From NCBI GenBank assembly GCA_946544115.1, contig CAMNLW010000002.1, positions 6,729-70,728 of the forward strand: a stretch of DNA of 64,000 nt, given 5' to 3'. This document shows, one piece after another, positions 1 through 9,600 of this stretch. Under the pieces are notes generated by a model. The model had not been told where the DNA came from. It did not search any database and was given only the letters and a program-made list of their open reading frames with translations. Position numbers and translations under genes: made by a program. The DNA is from an uncultured Verrucomicrobiota bacterium (GTDB lineage: Bacteria > Verrucomicrobiota > Kiritimatiellia > RFP12 > UBA1067). How positions within the stretch are numbered: position 1 is the first letter of the stretch; each line of letters opens with the position of its first letter.

Positions 1-330
1 GGCGACAAACGCCGTCGCGGGCTTCACGGCAAGCGGGCGTATGAGCGAGGCGATGCCGAGAATCGCCGCGATGTTGAAGACGCAGCTTCCGTAGGCGTTG
101 CCGAGCGAAAGGTTGGAGTGGCTGGAAAGGCCCGACATGACGCTCACGCAAAGTTCCGGCGCGCTCGTGCCGAACCCGATTATCACCATGCCGATCACGA
201 ACGGCGAGATGCCGAGCGCCTTCGCGACCGACGACGCGCCGTCCACGAACGTATCGCTCGACCACGCGAGCGCGACGAGGCCGGCCGCCATGAAGAGAAT
301 CGAAGCCCAGAGCGGAATATCAGTGTACAT
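1..330 (-). CDS. Ca2+/Na+ antiporter, CaCA/YrbG family. Only the N-terminal ~110 aa lies in the window; the gene runs off the window start.
   Basis: Reverse-strand translation begins MYTDIPLWASILFMAAGLVALAWSSDTFVDGASSVAKALGISPFVIGMVIIGFGTSAPELCVS. This matches the YrbG-type alpha-repeat motif (GTSxPE). The ATG is at 328-330. The ORF track does not list it because there is no in-window stop. Confidence 0.6.
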   Translation of the reverse strand, partial: MYTDIPLWASILFMAAGLVALAWSSDTFVDGASSVAKALGISPFVIGMVIIGFGTSAPELCVSVMSGLSSHSNLSLGNAYGSCVFNIAAILGIASLIRPLAVKPATAFVA

Positions 331-336
331 CGCGCC

Positions 337-1761
337 TCACCTGACGATCGCAGCCCTCGCCTCGTCCAGGCCGGCGAACTCACCGGCGGCGATCATCTGC
401 ACAATTAGATTGCCTATGGCCGTCCCCTCTACAGGGCCTGTGACGACCTCAAGGCCCGTCGCCTTCGCTGTAAGCTCGTTCAAGTATGCGTCCTGGCAGC
501 CGCCGCCGACGATGTTGAGCGAGGTGTAGGTCTTGCCGGTCATGCGGGAGAGCGTCTTGATCGCATCGGCATAGCACGCCGCGAGCGACCTGTAGACGCA
601 CTGCATGAGCGCGGCGATAGTCGTCGGCGCAGCGCCGTTCCCGGCAGCAGCCGCCATCACTTCGCCGATCATGGAGTCGGGGTTCATGAAGCGCTGCTGG
701 TTGACATCGACCGTCACGCTGAAGCCGTCGCCGCGCGCGACCGACGAAAGGTCGGCAAAGGAATACTCGCGGCCGCTCTCGTAGTCGGCGAGCTTCGCAA
801 GCGCCGCTCTGGTCGCTTCGCCGCCCTTCCCTTCTACATACGCGACGCCGTTCAGTTCGCGGCGGATGGACTGTATCATCCAAAGGCCCATGATGTTCTT
901 GAGGTAGCGGTAGCGTCCCCATGCGCCGCCCTCGTTGGTGAAGTTCGCCGCGCAGGAGTCTGGCGTCGTTATCGGCCTGTCGTTCTCCACGCCGAGCAGC
1001 GACCACGTTCCGCTGGAGAGGTAGACGGCTCTGTCGTCTCGCGCGGGAACTGCAAGATAGGCCGAGCCGGTGTCGTGCATGGCTGGCAGAACGACCTTCA
1101 CGCCGCGGTATTCGCCGACGGTCGCGCCCGGCATCTCGAGCCTGCCGAAGATGCGCCGCGGCAGGCCGAGGCGGTCGATGAGGTCGAAGTCCCAGTCCTT
1201 CTTCGCGGCGTCCAGAAGAGCCGTCGTCGAGGAGTCGGTGTATTCGTGGACGATTCTGCCGGTGAGCCGGTAGTTGATGTATTCGGGGATTGTCAGAAAG
1301 TGCGCCGCCTTCTCCAGCTGCCGGGGATGCTCCTTCTTGAGCGCCCAGAGCTGGTAGATTGTGTTGAAGCTCGTCTTCTGTATTCCCGTGCGCGCGTAAA
1401 GCTCGGCGAAAGGCATGACCGCCGCCTCGATCTCGGCGTCGGCCCCGGCGGTTCTCTTGTCGCGGTAGGCGACCGCGTCGCCGATCATCGCGCCCGATTC
1501 GTCGAGCAGGACGAAGTCCACGCCCCACGTGTCTAGGCCGATGGACTCCACCGCCGTCTTTTCGAGCGCGGCGTCGATCCCCGCCTTCACGCTCGCGACG
1601 AGTTTTTCGACATCCCAGCAGTCGTGCCCTCCGCGGCGCACCTGCGAGTTGACGAAGCGGTAAACTTCCTCAAGAACGATTTTCCCGTTTTCGACGCGCC
1701 CGACGATGTGCCGTCCAGAGCTTGCGCCTATGTCCACTGCCAGATAGTTCTTCATCTGCAA
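337..1761 (-). CDS. rhaB: Rhamnulokinase-like FGGY carbohydrate kinase
   Basis: 474-aa product. N-terminus YLAVDIGASSGRHIVG and the motifs IGLDTWGVDFVLLD, AYRDKRT, LSSGTWSLLG, NEGGAWGRYRYLKNIMGLW and NIVGGGCQ align with E. coli RhaB along the whole length. Confidence 0.75.
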   Translation of the reverse strand: MQMKNYLAVDIGASSGRHIVGRVENGKIVLEEVYRFVNSQVRRGGHDCWDVEKLVASVKAGIDAALEKTAVESIGLDTWGVDFVLLDESGAMIGDAVAYRDKRTAGADAEIEAAVMPFAELYARTGIQKTSFNTIYQLWALKKEHPRQLEKAAHFLTIPEYINYRLTGRIVHEYTDSSTTALLDAAKKDWDFDLIDRLGLPRRIFGRLEMPGATVGEYRGVKVVLPAMHDTGSAYLAVPARDDRAVYLSSGTWSLLGVENDRPITTPDSCAANFTNEGGAWGRYRYLKNIMGLWMIQSIRRELNGVAYVEGKGGEATRAALAKLADYESGREYSFADLSSVARGDGFSVTVDVNQQRFMNPDSMIGEVMAAAAGNGAAPTTIAALMQCVYRSLAACYADAIKTLSRMTGKTYTSLNIVGGGCQDAYLNELTAKATGLEVVTGPVEGTAIGNLIVQMIAAGEFAGLDEARAAIVR

Positions 1762-1791
1762 CCCCCTTTTTGATCAAACCGTCGCAACCCG

Positions 1792-2697
1792 TCACGCCCG
1801 CCCGACGGTCGACTGCACCGCCGCAGACAGAACCGCGCTCGCGCCCGGCGCGAGCGACGACGACGCCTTCGGCCACGCCGTCACCGGTTCTACGCAGACA
1901 AACCTGCGCCAGTCACCATCCTCGAAGTCGGCGAGCCTCCCGCCAGGACCCGGATTCCACACGACGGCGCTGCCGCTTCCCGAAGAAACCATTGCTATCG
2001 CACGCTTGAGCCCCGGGTCCAGCAGCGCGAACTCGTGCTTCGGCACGGGCGGCAGAGAGAAGACGTGATCGGCGTCGGCGTTCATCGCAAGATCGCCGGA
2101 GAGGACGTGGTCTGTCATGTCGCGCGCGTCGACATATGCACACCCGTCAAGCCCCTTCACTGCCGTCGCGTCGCGGTCGCGCACGAGGAAGTACGGATGG
2201 AAGCCCGCCGTGAACTCGAACGGCGCGTCGCCCGTGTTCTTTGTTGCAAGCCTTAGATTGAGCTTCATCGAGACGGACACCTTGTACTCGAGGTCGAAGT
2301 CGTGCGGCCACAGCGCCCTGGTCTCGGCGGACGATCCAAGCCCAAGCGTTATCTCGGTCATGTCCTCTGTATACTCCGTGCCGCGCACCTCGAAAGGCAT
2401 GATGCGCGCGAAGCCGTGCGCCGCCATGCCGTCGATCGCGAGCTTCCCGAACTGCGGCCAGCATACGGGCAGCCCGCCGTGGATCGACTCGCCGCGGTTG
2501 TAGTCGCGCCGCGCCGGACGAAACAGCACCGGGCTGTGGCCCGTCGGCCTGTATGAAAGCACGTTCGCACCGAGAAGCGCGATTTCGGCAGTGCCGTACC
2601 TGTTGGCGAGCACCACCTCGGGCCAGCCTGCGAACCCTGTATGGAACACTATGCGCCCCGGCGCACCATAGCGGCTGTTGAGCTGATCGACCGTCAT
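1792..2697 (-). CDS. Glucose-6-phosphate 1-epimerase-like (YeaD-type aldose-1-epimerase family)
   Basis: 301-aa product with GGLPVCWPQFG, HGFAR and FHPYF motifs typical of the hexose-6-phosphate mutarotase branch of aldose epimerases. Lies between rhaB and the CBS gene on the same strand. Confidence 0.6.
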   Translation of the reverse strand: MTVDQLNSRYGAPGRIVFHTGFAGWPEVVLANRYGTAEIALLGANVLSYRPTGHSPVLFRPARRDYNRGESIHGGLPVCWPQFGKLAIDGMAAHGFARIMPFEVRGTEYTEDMTEITLGLGSSAETRALWPHDFDLEYKVSVSMKLNLRLATKNTGDAPFEFTAGFHPYFLVRDRDATAVKGLDGCAYVDARDMTDHVLSGDLAMNADADHVFSLPPVPKHEFALLDPGLKRAIAMVSSGSGSAVVWNPGPGGRLADFEDGDWRRFVCVEPVTAWPKASSSLAPGASAVLSAAVQSTVGRA

Positions 2698-2718
2698 CTC
2701 CAGTCTCCTCCTTCGCGC

Positions 2719-3744
2719 TTACTTCTTCGCGAGCATGAACTCGCACATGACCGTCGTGCCAGACGGAATCTTGGACTGTATGTCGAACGTGTCGGCGACG
2801 CGCTTCGAATTCGCGAGCCCCATTCCCGCGCCGAACCCCATGGAGCGTATCCAGTCATTCGCCGTAGATGTCCCGTCCTGACAGGCCCACTCCACGTCTT
2901 TGATGCCCGGCCCGCGGTCCTTGGCGACGATCGTCGCCTTCTCGGTGTCGAGGATGAACGTTATCGACCCGCCTAGAGAATGGATGCAGATGTTTATCTC
3001 CAGCTCGTAGGCGGCCACTGCGACGCGGCGGACGATTTTGTTGTCTATTCCCGCATCCTTCATCATCTTCTTTATTTCGTTCGCGGCCTTGCCAGCATTC
3101 GAGAGGTCGTTTCGCACGACCATGAACTGGCGCATCGAGTAGTATGGCAGCGCGCCCTCGCTCTTCGCGCGCTCCGCCGGCGCGGCCTTGCCCTCCAGCT
3201 TGGCGATCTCTTTCGTGAGCTCCTGCATTAGCACGCGCGTCACGTCGCGCTGGGAGACGATGCCGACGAGGTCGCGGTCCTTGTTGAGCACGGGGAAGCG
3301 CCCGAAAGTGTAGTTCTGGAAAAACTTGATCGCGAACGCGAGCGGCATGTCGGCTTCTAGCACGACAAGGTTCGTCGCCATGTGCTGCTGGCACGTGTCG
3401 TTTATCCACCCGCCTTCGAGCGCCTTGATGATATCGTTGACCGAAATTATGCCGAAGAGACGCTTGCCCTCGACAACCGGCACGCCCGAGATGTTGTTGA
3501 GCTTCATCAGATGCTGGGCGCGGGCCATCGTGTCGGCGCGCGAGACGGCGATGATGTCGTGGCCGCGCATCACATCGCGCACGCGCAGACGCTGCAGCAG
3601 CTCCATGATGACAAGCGGACTGTCATCCGCGCCGGGCAGCCCCGGACCGGATACGCTGCGCACCTTGTCGTGCGCGGCGAGAATCTCGTCGTCGCTCTTC
3701 GACTCGCCGCCGGTGAGGATCTTCGGACTGTAGCCTTCGGCCAT
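2719..3744 (-). CDS. CBS-domain pair fused to a GHKL/HATPase_c (anti-sigma-factor/RsbW-like Ser kinase) domain
   Basis: 341-aa product. Two CBS-like repeats (VRDVMRGHDIIAV...GVPVVEG...IISVNDIIKAL; GRFPVLNKDRDLVGIVSQRDV) are followed by a C-terminal region with the N-box and G-box of histidine-kinase-like ATPases (ELEINICIHS...DRGPGI...GFGAGMGL). Confidence 0.6.
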   Translation of the reverse strand: MAEGYSPKILTGGESKSDDEILAAHDKVRSVSGPGLPGADDSPLVIMELLQRLRVRDVMRGHDIIAVSRADTMARAQHLMKLNNISGVPVVEGKRLFGIISVNDIIKALEGGWINDTCQQHMATNLVVLEADMPLAFAIKFFQNYTFGRFPVLNKDRDLVGIVSQRDVTRVLMQELTKEIAKLEGKAAPAERAKSEGALPYYSMRQFMVVRNDLSNAGKAANEIKKMMKDAGIDNKIVRRVAVAAYELEINICIHSLGGSITFILDTEKATIVAKDRGPGIKDVEWACQDGTSTANDWIRSMGFGAGMGLANSKRVADTFDIQSKIPSGTTVMCEFMLAKK

Positions 3745-3755
3745 GGCGCCGCCCC

Positions 3756-4097
3756 TTACTTCTTCTCGGCTTCGAGGAAGTCATGTATCCTCACGCAGCT
3801 CTCATATTTCGAGAGCGGCGAGGACACGAGCGGTATTCCGAGCGTGTCGGCCACCTGGCACATGGTCTGCGGCAGGGGCTTGGCGTTGTGCACGACGACC
3901 GCCATCGCGCCGACGATGTTCGCCGTGCGGATCGCCTGGTCGGACGCGAGCGAGGTCAAAAGCAGCATGTCCTCGCCGTCGTTCAAGAGCACGTCGCTCA
4001 TGAGATCGTTCGCCACTACAGTACCGACGGTCCTGTCGGAATTTCCTCCGGCAACGAGCGTCCCGTCAAGAGTCTTTACAATATCCTCGATGTTCAT
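3756..4097 (-). CDS. DRTGG domain protein
   Basis: 113-aa product with LMSDVLL...DMLLLTSLASDQAIRTANIVGAMAVVV, matching the DRTGG fold. An extended -10 TGGTATAAT sits 8 nt upstream of the ATG. Confidence 0.55.
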   Translation of the reverse strand: MNIEDIVKTLDGTLVAGGNSDRTVGTVVANDLMSDVLLNDGEDMLLLTSLASDQAIRTANIVGAMAVVVHNAKPLPQTMCQVADTLGIPLVSSPLSKYESCVRIHDFLEAEKK

Positions 4098-4136
4098 GAT
4101 GCAAGATTATACCATATTTGGTAGAATAGCGGGGCG
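4098..4136. promoter_or_regulatory. Back-to-back divergent promoters: TGGTATAAT on the minus strand and TGGTAGAAT on the plus strand, each 8-9 nt from its ATG
   Basis: The 39-bp intergenic spacer carries two extended -10 elements pointing outward. No Shine-Dalgarno sequence precedes either start, so transcripts are predicted to be leaderless or near-leaderless. Confidence 0.5.
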
Positions 4137-4889
4137 ATGAAATTCGATTTACACATACATTCGTGTCTGAGCCCCTGCGCGGACCTCGAGATGTCGCCCG
4201 GCGACATCGTCGATCGAGCCGTCGCCGCAGGCATGGGCGGCATAGCCCTCACCGACCACAACTCGGCCATGAACACGCCAGCAATGGCGCGGCGCGCGAA
4301 AACCGCCGGTCTCGCGTGTCTCTTCGGCCTCGAGGTGCAGACCGCCGAGGAGACGCACACGCTCGCGCTCTTCGATACGCCCGCACAGGCGCTCGCCATG
4401 ACGGAGTGGGTCTACGCCGCCATGCCAAAACGCGTCAACGATCCCGACACGTTCGGCGACCAGCCCATACTTTCGGCCGACAGCGACGAGGACGAGATCG
4501 CCGACCTCGAATGGCGCATCCTCGCGATGGGCTGCCGCCGGACGATCCCCGAGACTTCTGCGAAGGTTCACGATCTCGGAGGTCTCTACATCGCCGCCCA
4601 CATCGACCGGCCGAATTTTTCGGTCGTCGCGGCGCTCGGCGCAGTCCCGCGCGCGCCGGACGGCTCGCCATACTTCGACGCGGTGGAGCTCTCGCGCACC
4701 GCCGACGAATCGCAGTGGCTCGCCAAGGCCGAGGACTACGCCGTGACGCGCAGCTCCGACGCGCACAACCTCGATGATGTCGCGCGCGTGTGGACCGAGG
4801 CGCCGCTCGAGGCGTTCAACGTGGCAGAGCTGAAGCGCGCGTTCAACGCGCACATGACGCGCCCGTCGCCGCGTCTCACGAAATTCTGA
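4137..4889 (+). CDS. PHP (polymerase/histidinol-phosphatase) domain metal-dependent phosphoesterase
   Basis: 250-aa product. MKFDLHIHSCLSPCAD plus downstream His/Asp ligands (LTDHNS, AAHIDRP, SSDAHN) are typical of PHP domains. Confidence 0.65.
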   Translation: MKFDLHIHSCLSPCADLEMSPGDIVDRAVAAGMGGIALTDHNSAMNTPAMARRAKTAGLACLFGLEVQTAEETHTLALFDTPAQALAMTEWVYAAMPKRVNDPDTFGDQPILSADSDEDEIADLEWRILAMGCRRTIPETSAKVHDLGGLYIAAHIDRPNFSVVAALGAVPRAPDGSPYFDAVELSRTADESQWLAKAEDYAVTRSSDAHNLDDVARVWTEAPLEAFNVAELKRAFNAHMTRPSPRLTKF

Positions 4890-4906
4890 AAAGGAAAGGC
4901 AGAAAA

Positions 4907-5242
4907 ATGACAGTAAGCGAAATAGCAGAAAAGGTTGATGGCAAAGTGGCCGTCGACAAACCCGGCACCAATGTGAACTACGCCTATGCAAGCGATCTGC
5001 TCTCGGATGTAATGGGCCACTGCGGCGACGAGTCGGTTCTGGTGACAATACAGAACCACCTCAACACGATCGCCGTCTGCACACTGGCCGGGATAGAGGT
5101 CATCGTCATATGCCACAACCGCCCTGTGCCGGACGACATGGCCGAGGCCGCCGCGCGCGAGGAGGTGGCCATCATAACGACGCCGCTCTCGCAGTATGCA
5201 GCGTCGGTCGCGCTCTCCTCCCTCCCGCCTTCGGCAAAATGA
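4907..5242 (+). CDS. DRTGG domain protein, second copy
   Basis: Internal ATG at 4907 (MTVSEIAEKVDG...) preceded by AAAGGAAAGG; the track ORF 4790-5242 is an upstream extension. LLSDVMGHCGDESVLVT...IAVCTLAGIEVIVICHN matches DRTGG. Confidence 0.55.
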   Translation: MTVSEIAEKVDGKVAVDKPGTNVNYAYASDLLSDVMGHCGDESVLVTIQNHLNTIAVCTLAGIEVIVICHNRPVPDDMAEAAAREEVAIITTPLSQYAASVALSSLPPSAK

Positions 5243-5273
5243 CGGCAGGAAGGCCGCACCTGGCGCGAACGTG

Positions 5274-6137
5274 CTACGGCAGGGTTGCCATGGCGTAGCG
5301 GTCGAGGTCGGCGAAGTCGCGCTCTACGCGCACATCCGTAAAGCCGTAGCTCTCCATGAGGCCCGCGACGGCCGCGCCCTGCGACTCGCCGATTTCGAAG
5401 AATACTGCGCCGCCAGGCTTGAGCAGATGGAGCGCGTCGCCGAGATAGCGCTCGTAAAAATCGAGTCCCGTCGCGCCGCCGTCGAGTGCGAGGCGCGGCT
5501 CGTAGTCGAGCACCCTTGGATCAAGCTTCTCGCACACCGCGCTCTCGATATACGGAGGATTAGAAACAATCACATCTATGACGCCCGGCTCGTCGAAGTC
5601 GTCAAGTCCATCGGCGACGGCGAACCTTACGCGCCCCTCCAGCGCACATCTGGCGGCGTTCTCCTTCGCCAGGGCGACGGCGTCCTCGCTCACGTCCGTG
5701 CCGAGAAACACGGCGTCGCCCGCGAACTCCTTCGCGATGCTCAGTATTATCGCGCCTGTACCAGTCCCCACGTCTACCACGAACGGCGGCGGCGCGCCGA
5801 CCGGTCTCGCGCGCAGGCGGGCGAGGACGCGCGTGACGAGCTGCTCCGTCTCGGGACGCGGAATGAGCGCGCGACGATCGCACTTGAGCGTGAGCGAACG
5901 GAAATCCCACTCGCCCAGGACGTACTGCAGCGGCTCGCCGACGACAAGACGGCGCATCCCGCGGCGCATAGCCTCCAGCTGGCGCGGCGAGGCCTCCTGC
6001 TCAAGCGCTGCCGCCAGAAATCCTCGCGAGCGCCCGAGAAGACGCGCGGCGAGAAGCTCGGCGGCGGTCTGCGCGTCGGGCACGGCTCTGGCCGCCAGGA
6101 ACGCGGCCGCCTTGGCAACGATCTCGCGCCAGGGCAT
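5274..6137 (-). CDS. prmC: Release-factor glutamine N5-methyltransferase
   Basis: The internal Met at MPWREIV fits PrmC N-termini. Carries the SAM motif VVDVGTGTGAI, the NPPY catalytic motif (VSNPPYIE) and HEP/LALDGG motifs. Starts 4 nt downstream of the preceding gene's stop. Confidence 0.75.
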   Translation of the reverse strand: MPWREIVAKAAAFLAARAVPDAQTAAELLAARLLGRSRGFLAAALEQEASPRQLEAMRRGMRRLVVGEPLQYVLGEWDFRSLTLKCDRRALIPRPETEQLVTRVLARLRARPVGAPPPFVVDVGTGTGAIILSIAKEFAGDAVFLGTDVSEDAVALAKENAARCALEGRVRFAVADGLDDFDEPGVIDVIVSNPPYIESAVCEKLDPRVLDYEPRLALDGGATGLDFYERYLGDALHLLKPGGAVFFEIGESQGAAVAGLMESYGFTDVRVERDFADLDRYAMATLP

Positions 6138-6141
6138 GCGG

Positions 6142-6525
6142 TCAGAAAGGCATGTCGATATCCTGCGCGTCGACAAAGTCGTCCGGCTCGGCAGGTGCCG
6201 GGACAGGCTCGGTAGAGGAACCGTCGTCCTTGAGGACTTCCAGCTTTAGGCCGGTGAGGTCGGTGAAATACTTCACCTGGCCCTGCGGATTGGTCCATTC
6301 GCGACCGTCGATGGCGAAGCGTATTTTGGCGCGAAGGCCGGGCTTGAGGCCGTCAAGCAGACTTGTGGAATCCTTCTTGAAAGTGAAAGCGATGTGGTTG
6401 GGCCACTTGCCCTCCTGACCGATGTCATCGGTAAGCACGACATCACGCTTTGTAAAACCGCTTGCGAAAGTCTGGAGGTCGAGGACCTTTTCGACAACGC
6501 CAGTGTACTCATAAATCGCCGCCAT
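6142..6525 (-). CDS. DUF3127-family small protein
   Basis: 127-aa product (MAAIYEYTGVVEKVLDLQTFASGFTKRDVVLTDD...) with an acidic tail. TGCTATAAT plus AAGGAG lie upstream. Confidence 0.4.
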   Translation of the reverse strand: MAAIYEYTGVVEKVLDLQTFASGFTKRDVVLTDDIGQEGKWPNHIAFTFKKDSTSLLDGLKPGLRAKIRFAIDGREWTNPQGQVKYFTDLTGLKLEVLKDDGSSTEPVPAPAEPDDFVDAQDIDMPF

Positions 6526-6603
6526 TGTAAAACCATCTCCTTTGTTGTTTCAAGTGTTGAGATTATAGCATATTTTCCCGTCGCGTGGTAGAGAGGCGCA
6601 CCC

Positions 6604-9600
6604 TTACGGCTTGACAGGAAGCGCTTTCACGCGGAAGAATCCGCACGGTTCGGTGCGCGGCGAACTTCGTATCGTCATCGGACCGTTCGCCGTCGCGCGG
6701 ATGAACGACTCCGCATCTGGGGCGAACGCCGCGCTTTCGCCGAGTTCGTCCGCCACCTCGTAGCCGTACCACAGTCCGATGACGGCATTGTCTATGCTGG
6801 ACGAGACGATCGTTTCTCCCGCGTCGTCCGTCACGGCCGCGACGGGCGGATCGTCGCCCGCCGCCGCAAACCGCGGCGCGGCGACCGTCGCCGGATTCAC
6901 ATCGACAACCGCTTGATAGGTGCCCTCGCCGGCTGCGACCGCGCGCACGACGAGATTGTCCGCCGACAATCCCGCCTCCTTGTCGTCCGCCGTCAGCGTC
7001 GGCGCAATCGTCTTGACGACGGCCGCCGCAGCCTTGTCGTTCTTTGCCGCGAACGTCAATACGCCGTCGGCGGACGACAGACCATGCAGGCACGTGCCGT
7101 CGGATGAATTGAGCACGACGGCGCCGATTCCGCCGAAATCGGCGTTTCCGACAATCACCTGATCTGTCAGTTCGTCCAAGTGCGCGGCGATGTAGGCGCG
7201 GCGGTCGGACACGACGTATATGCAGTCGTTCGAATCGCAGACGGTTCCTGCGGGCAGCGTCCACTCGACGCCAAAACGAAGCGTCCATCCGCTCATGTCC
7301 ACGACCTCGTCGTTCGCGTTCGAGACGACAACCACCCCTTCCGCATGCCGGGAGAAATCCAGCGTGATATTCGGCGCGAGCGACTCGATCGAACTCTGCG
7401 CCTCGGGAATGCCGGCGTTATAGCGCGAGCCGTAGCCGATTTTCCACGCCGTGTTCGTGACGGAGTGCGTCACATACAGATGCTCGCGGCGCGGGACGAC
7501 ATAGTTGTTCCAGATGTCTTCGATTCCTTCGTCAATGTCAGACGGACGCTTGCCGTCCGGCCACACGTCAATCGCGGCATCCGAACCGTCGTTCAGCCAC
7601 TTTGCGCCATCCAGCCTGGAATCGGCGCGCATGAGATCAGCCATCTCGCGCATCTTCACCATGAACGGCGTGTCGGCTTCGGCGGTTCCCGGCTCTTTCA
7701 GTTCCTGGTCCATCAGCGTCCTCAGGCGACGCAGGTAGAGTCGGCGGAATTTCGCGGACTGCAAGACCGACTCGAAGCCGTCATTGCCGTTGTTTATTGT
7801 TGAAGTCATCGCAGGCGACGCATAGCATCTGACGCGGTTGCCGCCGTAGAACGGATGGCACTTGAACCAGTCATCCTGTGCCTTGAGGCCCGAAGCGCTC
7901 ATACCGCCATCACGATAATGCTGTCCGAACGTCAGGTTGAAGTCGTAGCCGAGCGGCATCCACGTTCCCGTGCCGCGAGCGCCCTCCTTCATATCCGGGT
8001 TGTCGTAGTAGATGCAGACATTCGCCCAAACGTCATCCATCTCCTGCGTGATACGCGCCGAGGCGAGGTAGTTGAGCCACGCGGGAAGATCAAACTTCTC
8101 GACGACGAACCTCGTCAAATTTTCAACGTCCTCTCCGACAGACTGTGCACCATATTGTTTGAGATAGTAGCGCAATTCATCTTCCAGCACATCGACATTT
8201 TTCTCGTCCTCGTCGTCCGGCGTCTTCTTTTCTGCGCCACCGGCAGATGTGCCGTAAGTGTTGTCATTCTTCGGTCCACTCTTCATCGTCCCGACGTTCT
8301 TGTAGCCGTAGCCGAACTTGTCCAGTCCGTACACGTCCTCGATCAGTTCGTCGGTGAAACGCTCGGAATTGAACGCGAGCTGGTAGAACTCGCCGTTCAG
8401 ATTGCAGCGCACCGGGAAGTCGAACGGCACGAGGTTCCCCATCCTGCGCCACAGCCAGAACGCGATCATCTGGCGCATGTAGCTCGGGTCTGCGAACTCG
8501 CTGATGAGCGAAGTCTTGCGGATTTCCTCTATCGGCTCGCCCGTCACGACGTCTGTCATCGTAAGCGGATGCGCCTTGGCGAAGCGGAGGCCGTGCCCCT
8601 TCTTCGTGAACCCGGCGGAGGTGTTTCCGCGCAGGTCGATTCGAACATAGTCGTAGTAGTTGGAAGTGGACGAATCGTATATCGCCACACGCGCCTGGTT
8701 CGGGACCTTGGAGCGGTCTTGCTTGTCGGCATCGACATCCATCTGCGTCAGGTGGTTGCCGCTCGCGAACATGTGCCAGGTCGGCAGCGTCGCGCTCATC
8801 TGCGTCGCCGTGTCAGGCTCGACGATGGTGCCGTACCACTCGTATCCGTCGTCTGGGTTGTTGAAGCTGGGCGAAGTCCATTCCACTCCTTCGCCGTCGG
8901 TAATCAGCACCTTCCACTGCATAAGATGCCCGGCGGCCGGGAAGTAGCTCGCCGGTATCGCCGCCGTATACTGATCGCCCCACGCCTTCTTGTCGGTGGA
9001 CTTTGTTGTCATAGTCACGACATTAGTTGTCAATGTTGCATCGTCCAAATCCTTCCGATAGACGAGTTTGATGGATTCTATCTTATCTTTTGTGCGCGGC
9101 GAGAAGGTTCCATTCGGATTCATCACCGGATTGATAGGTAGCGTTATCGCATAATCCTCGCCAGGTTTTGCAGGCGGAACAGGGCGAGCGAATTCGTTGG
9201 CCACGTCCGTCTTCTTGAGCGAAGAAATTTCATAGAGCGGGCCGACATTCGGGCCAATGCGCTTCAGCCTGTCCGTAGACGTGTTCGCCCTGCCGCGTGT
9301 CGGCGTGGGACACATCCAGCGACGAGTGCCTTCGCCTTCCGCCGCATCACCGACGATAATCGACCAGCCCTCGGGCAAGTCGCTGGGGATTACGACGGTA
9401 TCGACAACATTGGTCGTCGCGGCATTAGGCATGTAATACAATCTCACAAACGGCGATTTCTTGGGATTCACCTTGTCGCCCCAGACGAGTATGTTGCCGT
9501 AGTCCTTGAATATCTCAGGCTTGCCCTTGAATTTGCCATTCTCAAACGCGCTATCTTTCTGGCTCTTGCTGTTCGAATAGCGTTCGGACGTGTAGAATAT

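Noticed and set aside
98-529. Plus-strand ORFs 98-529 and 118-408 at the left edge
   Set aside because: They overlap the well-supported minus-strand antiporter and rhaB genes and have Arg-rich, low-complexity translations.
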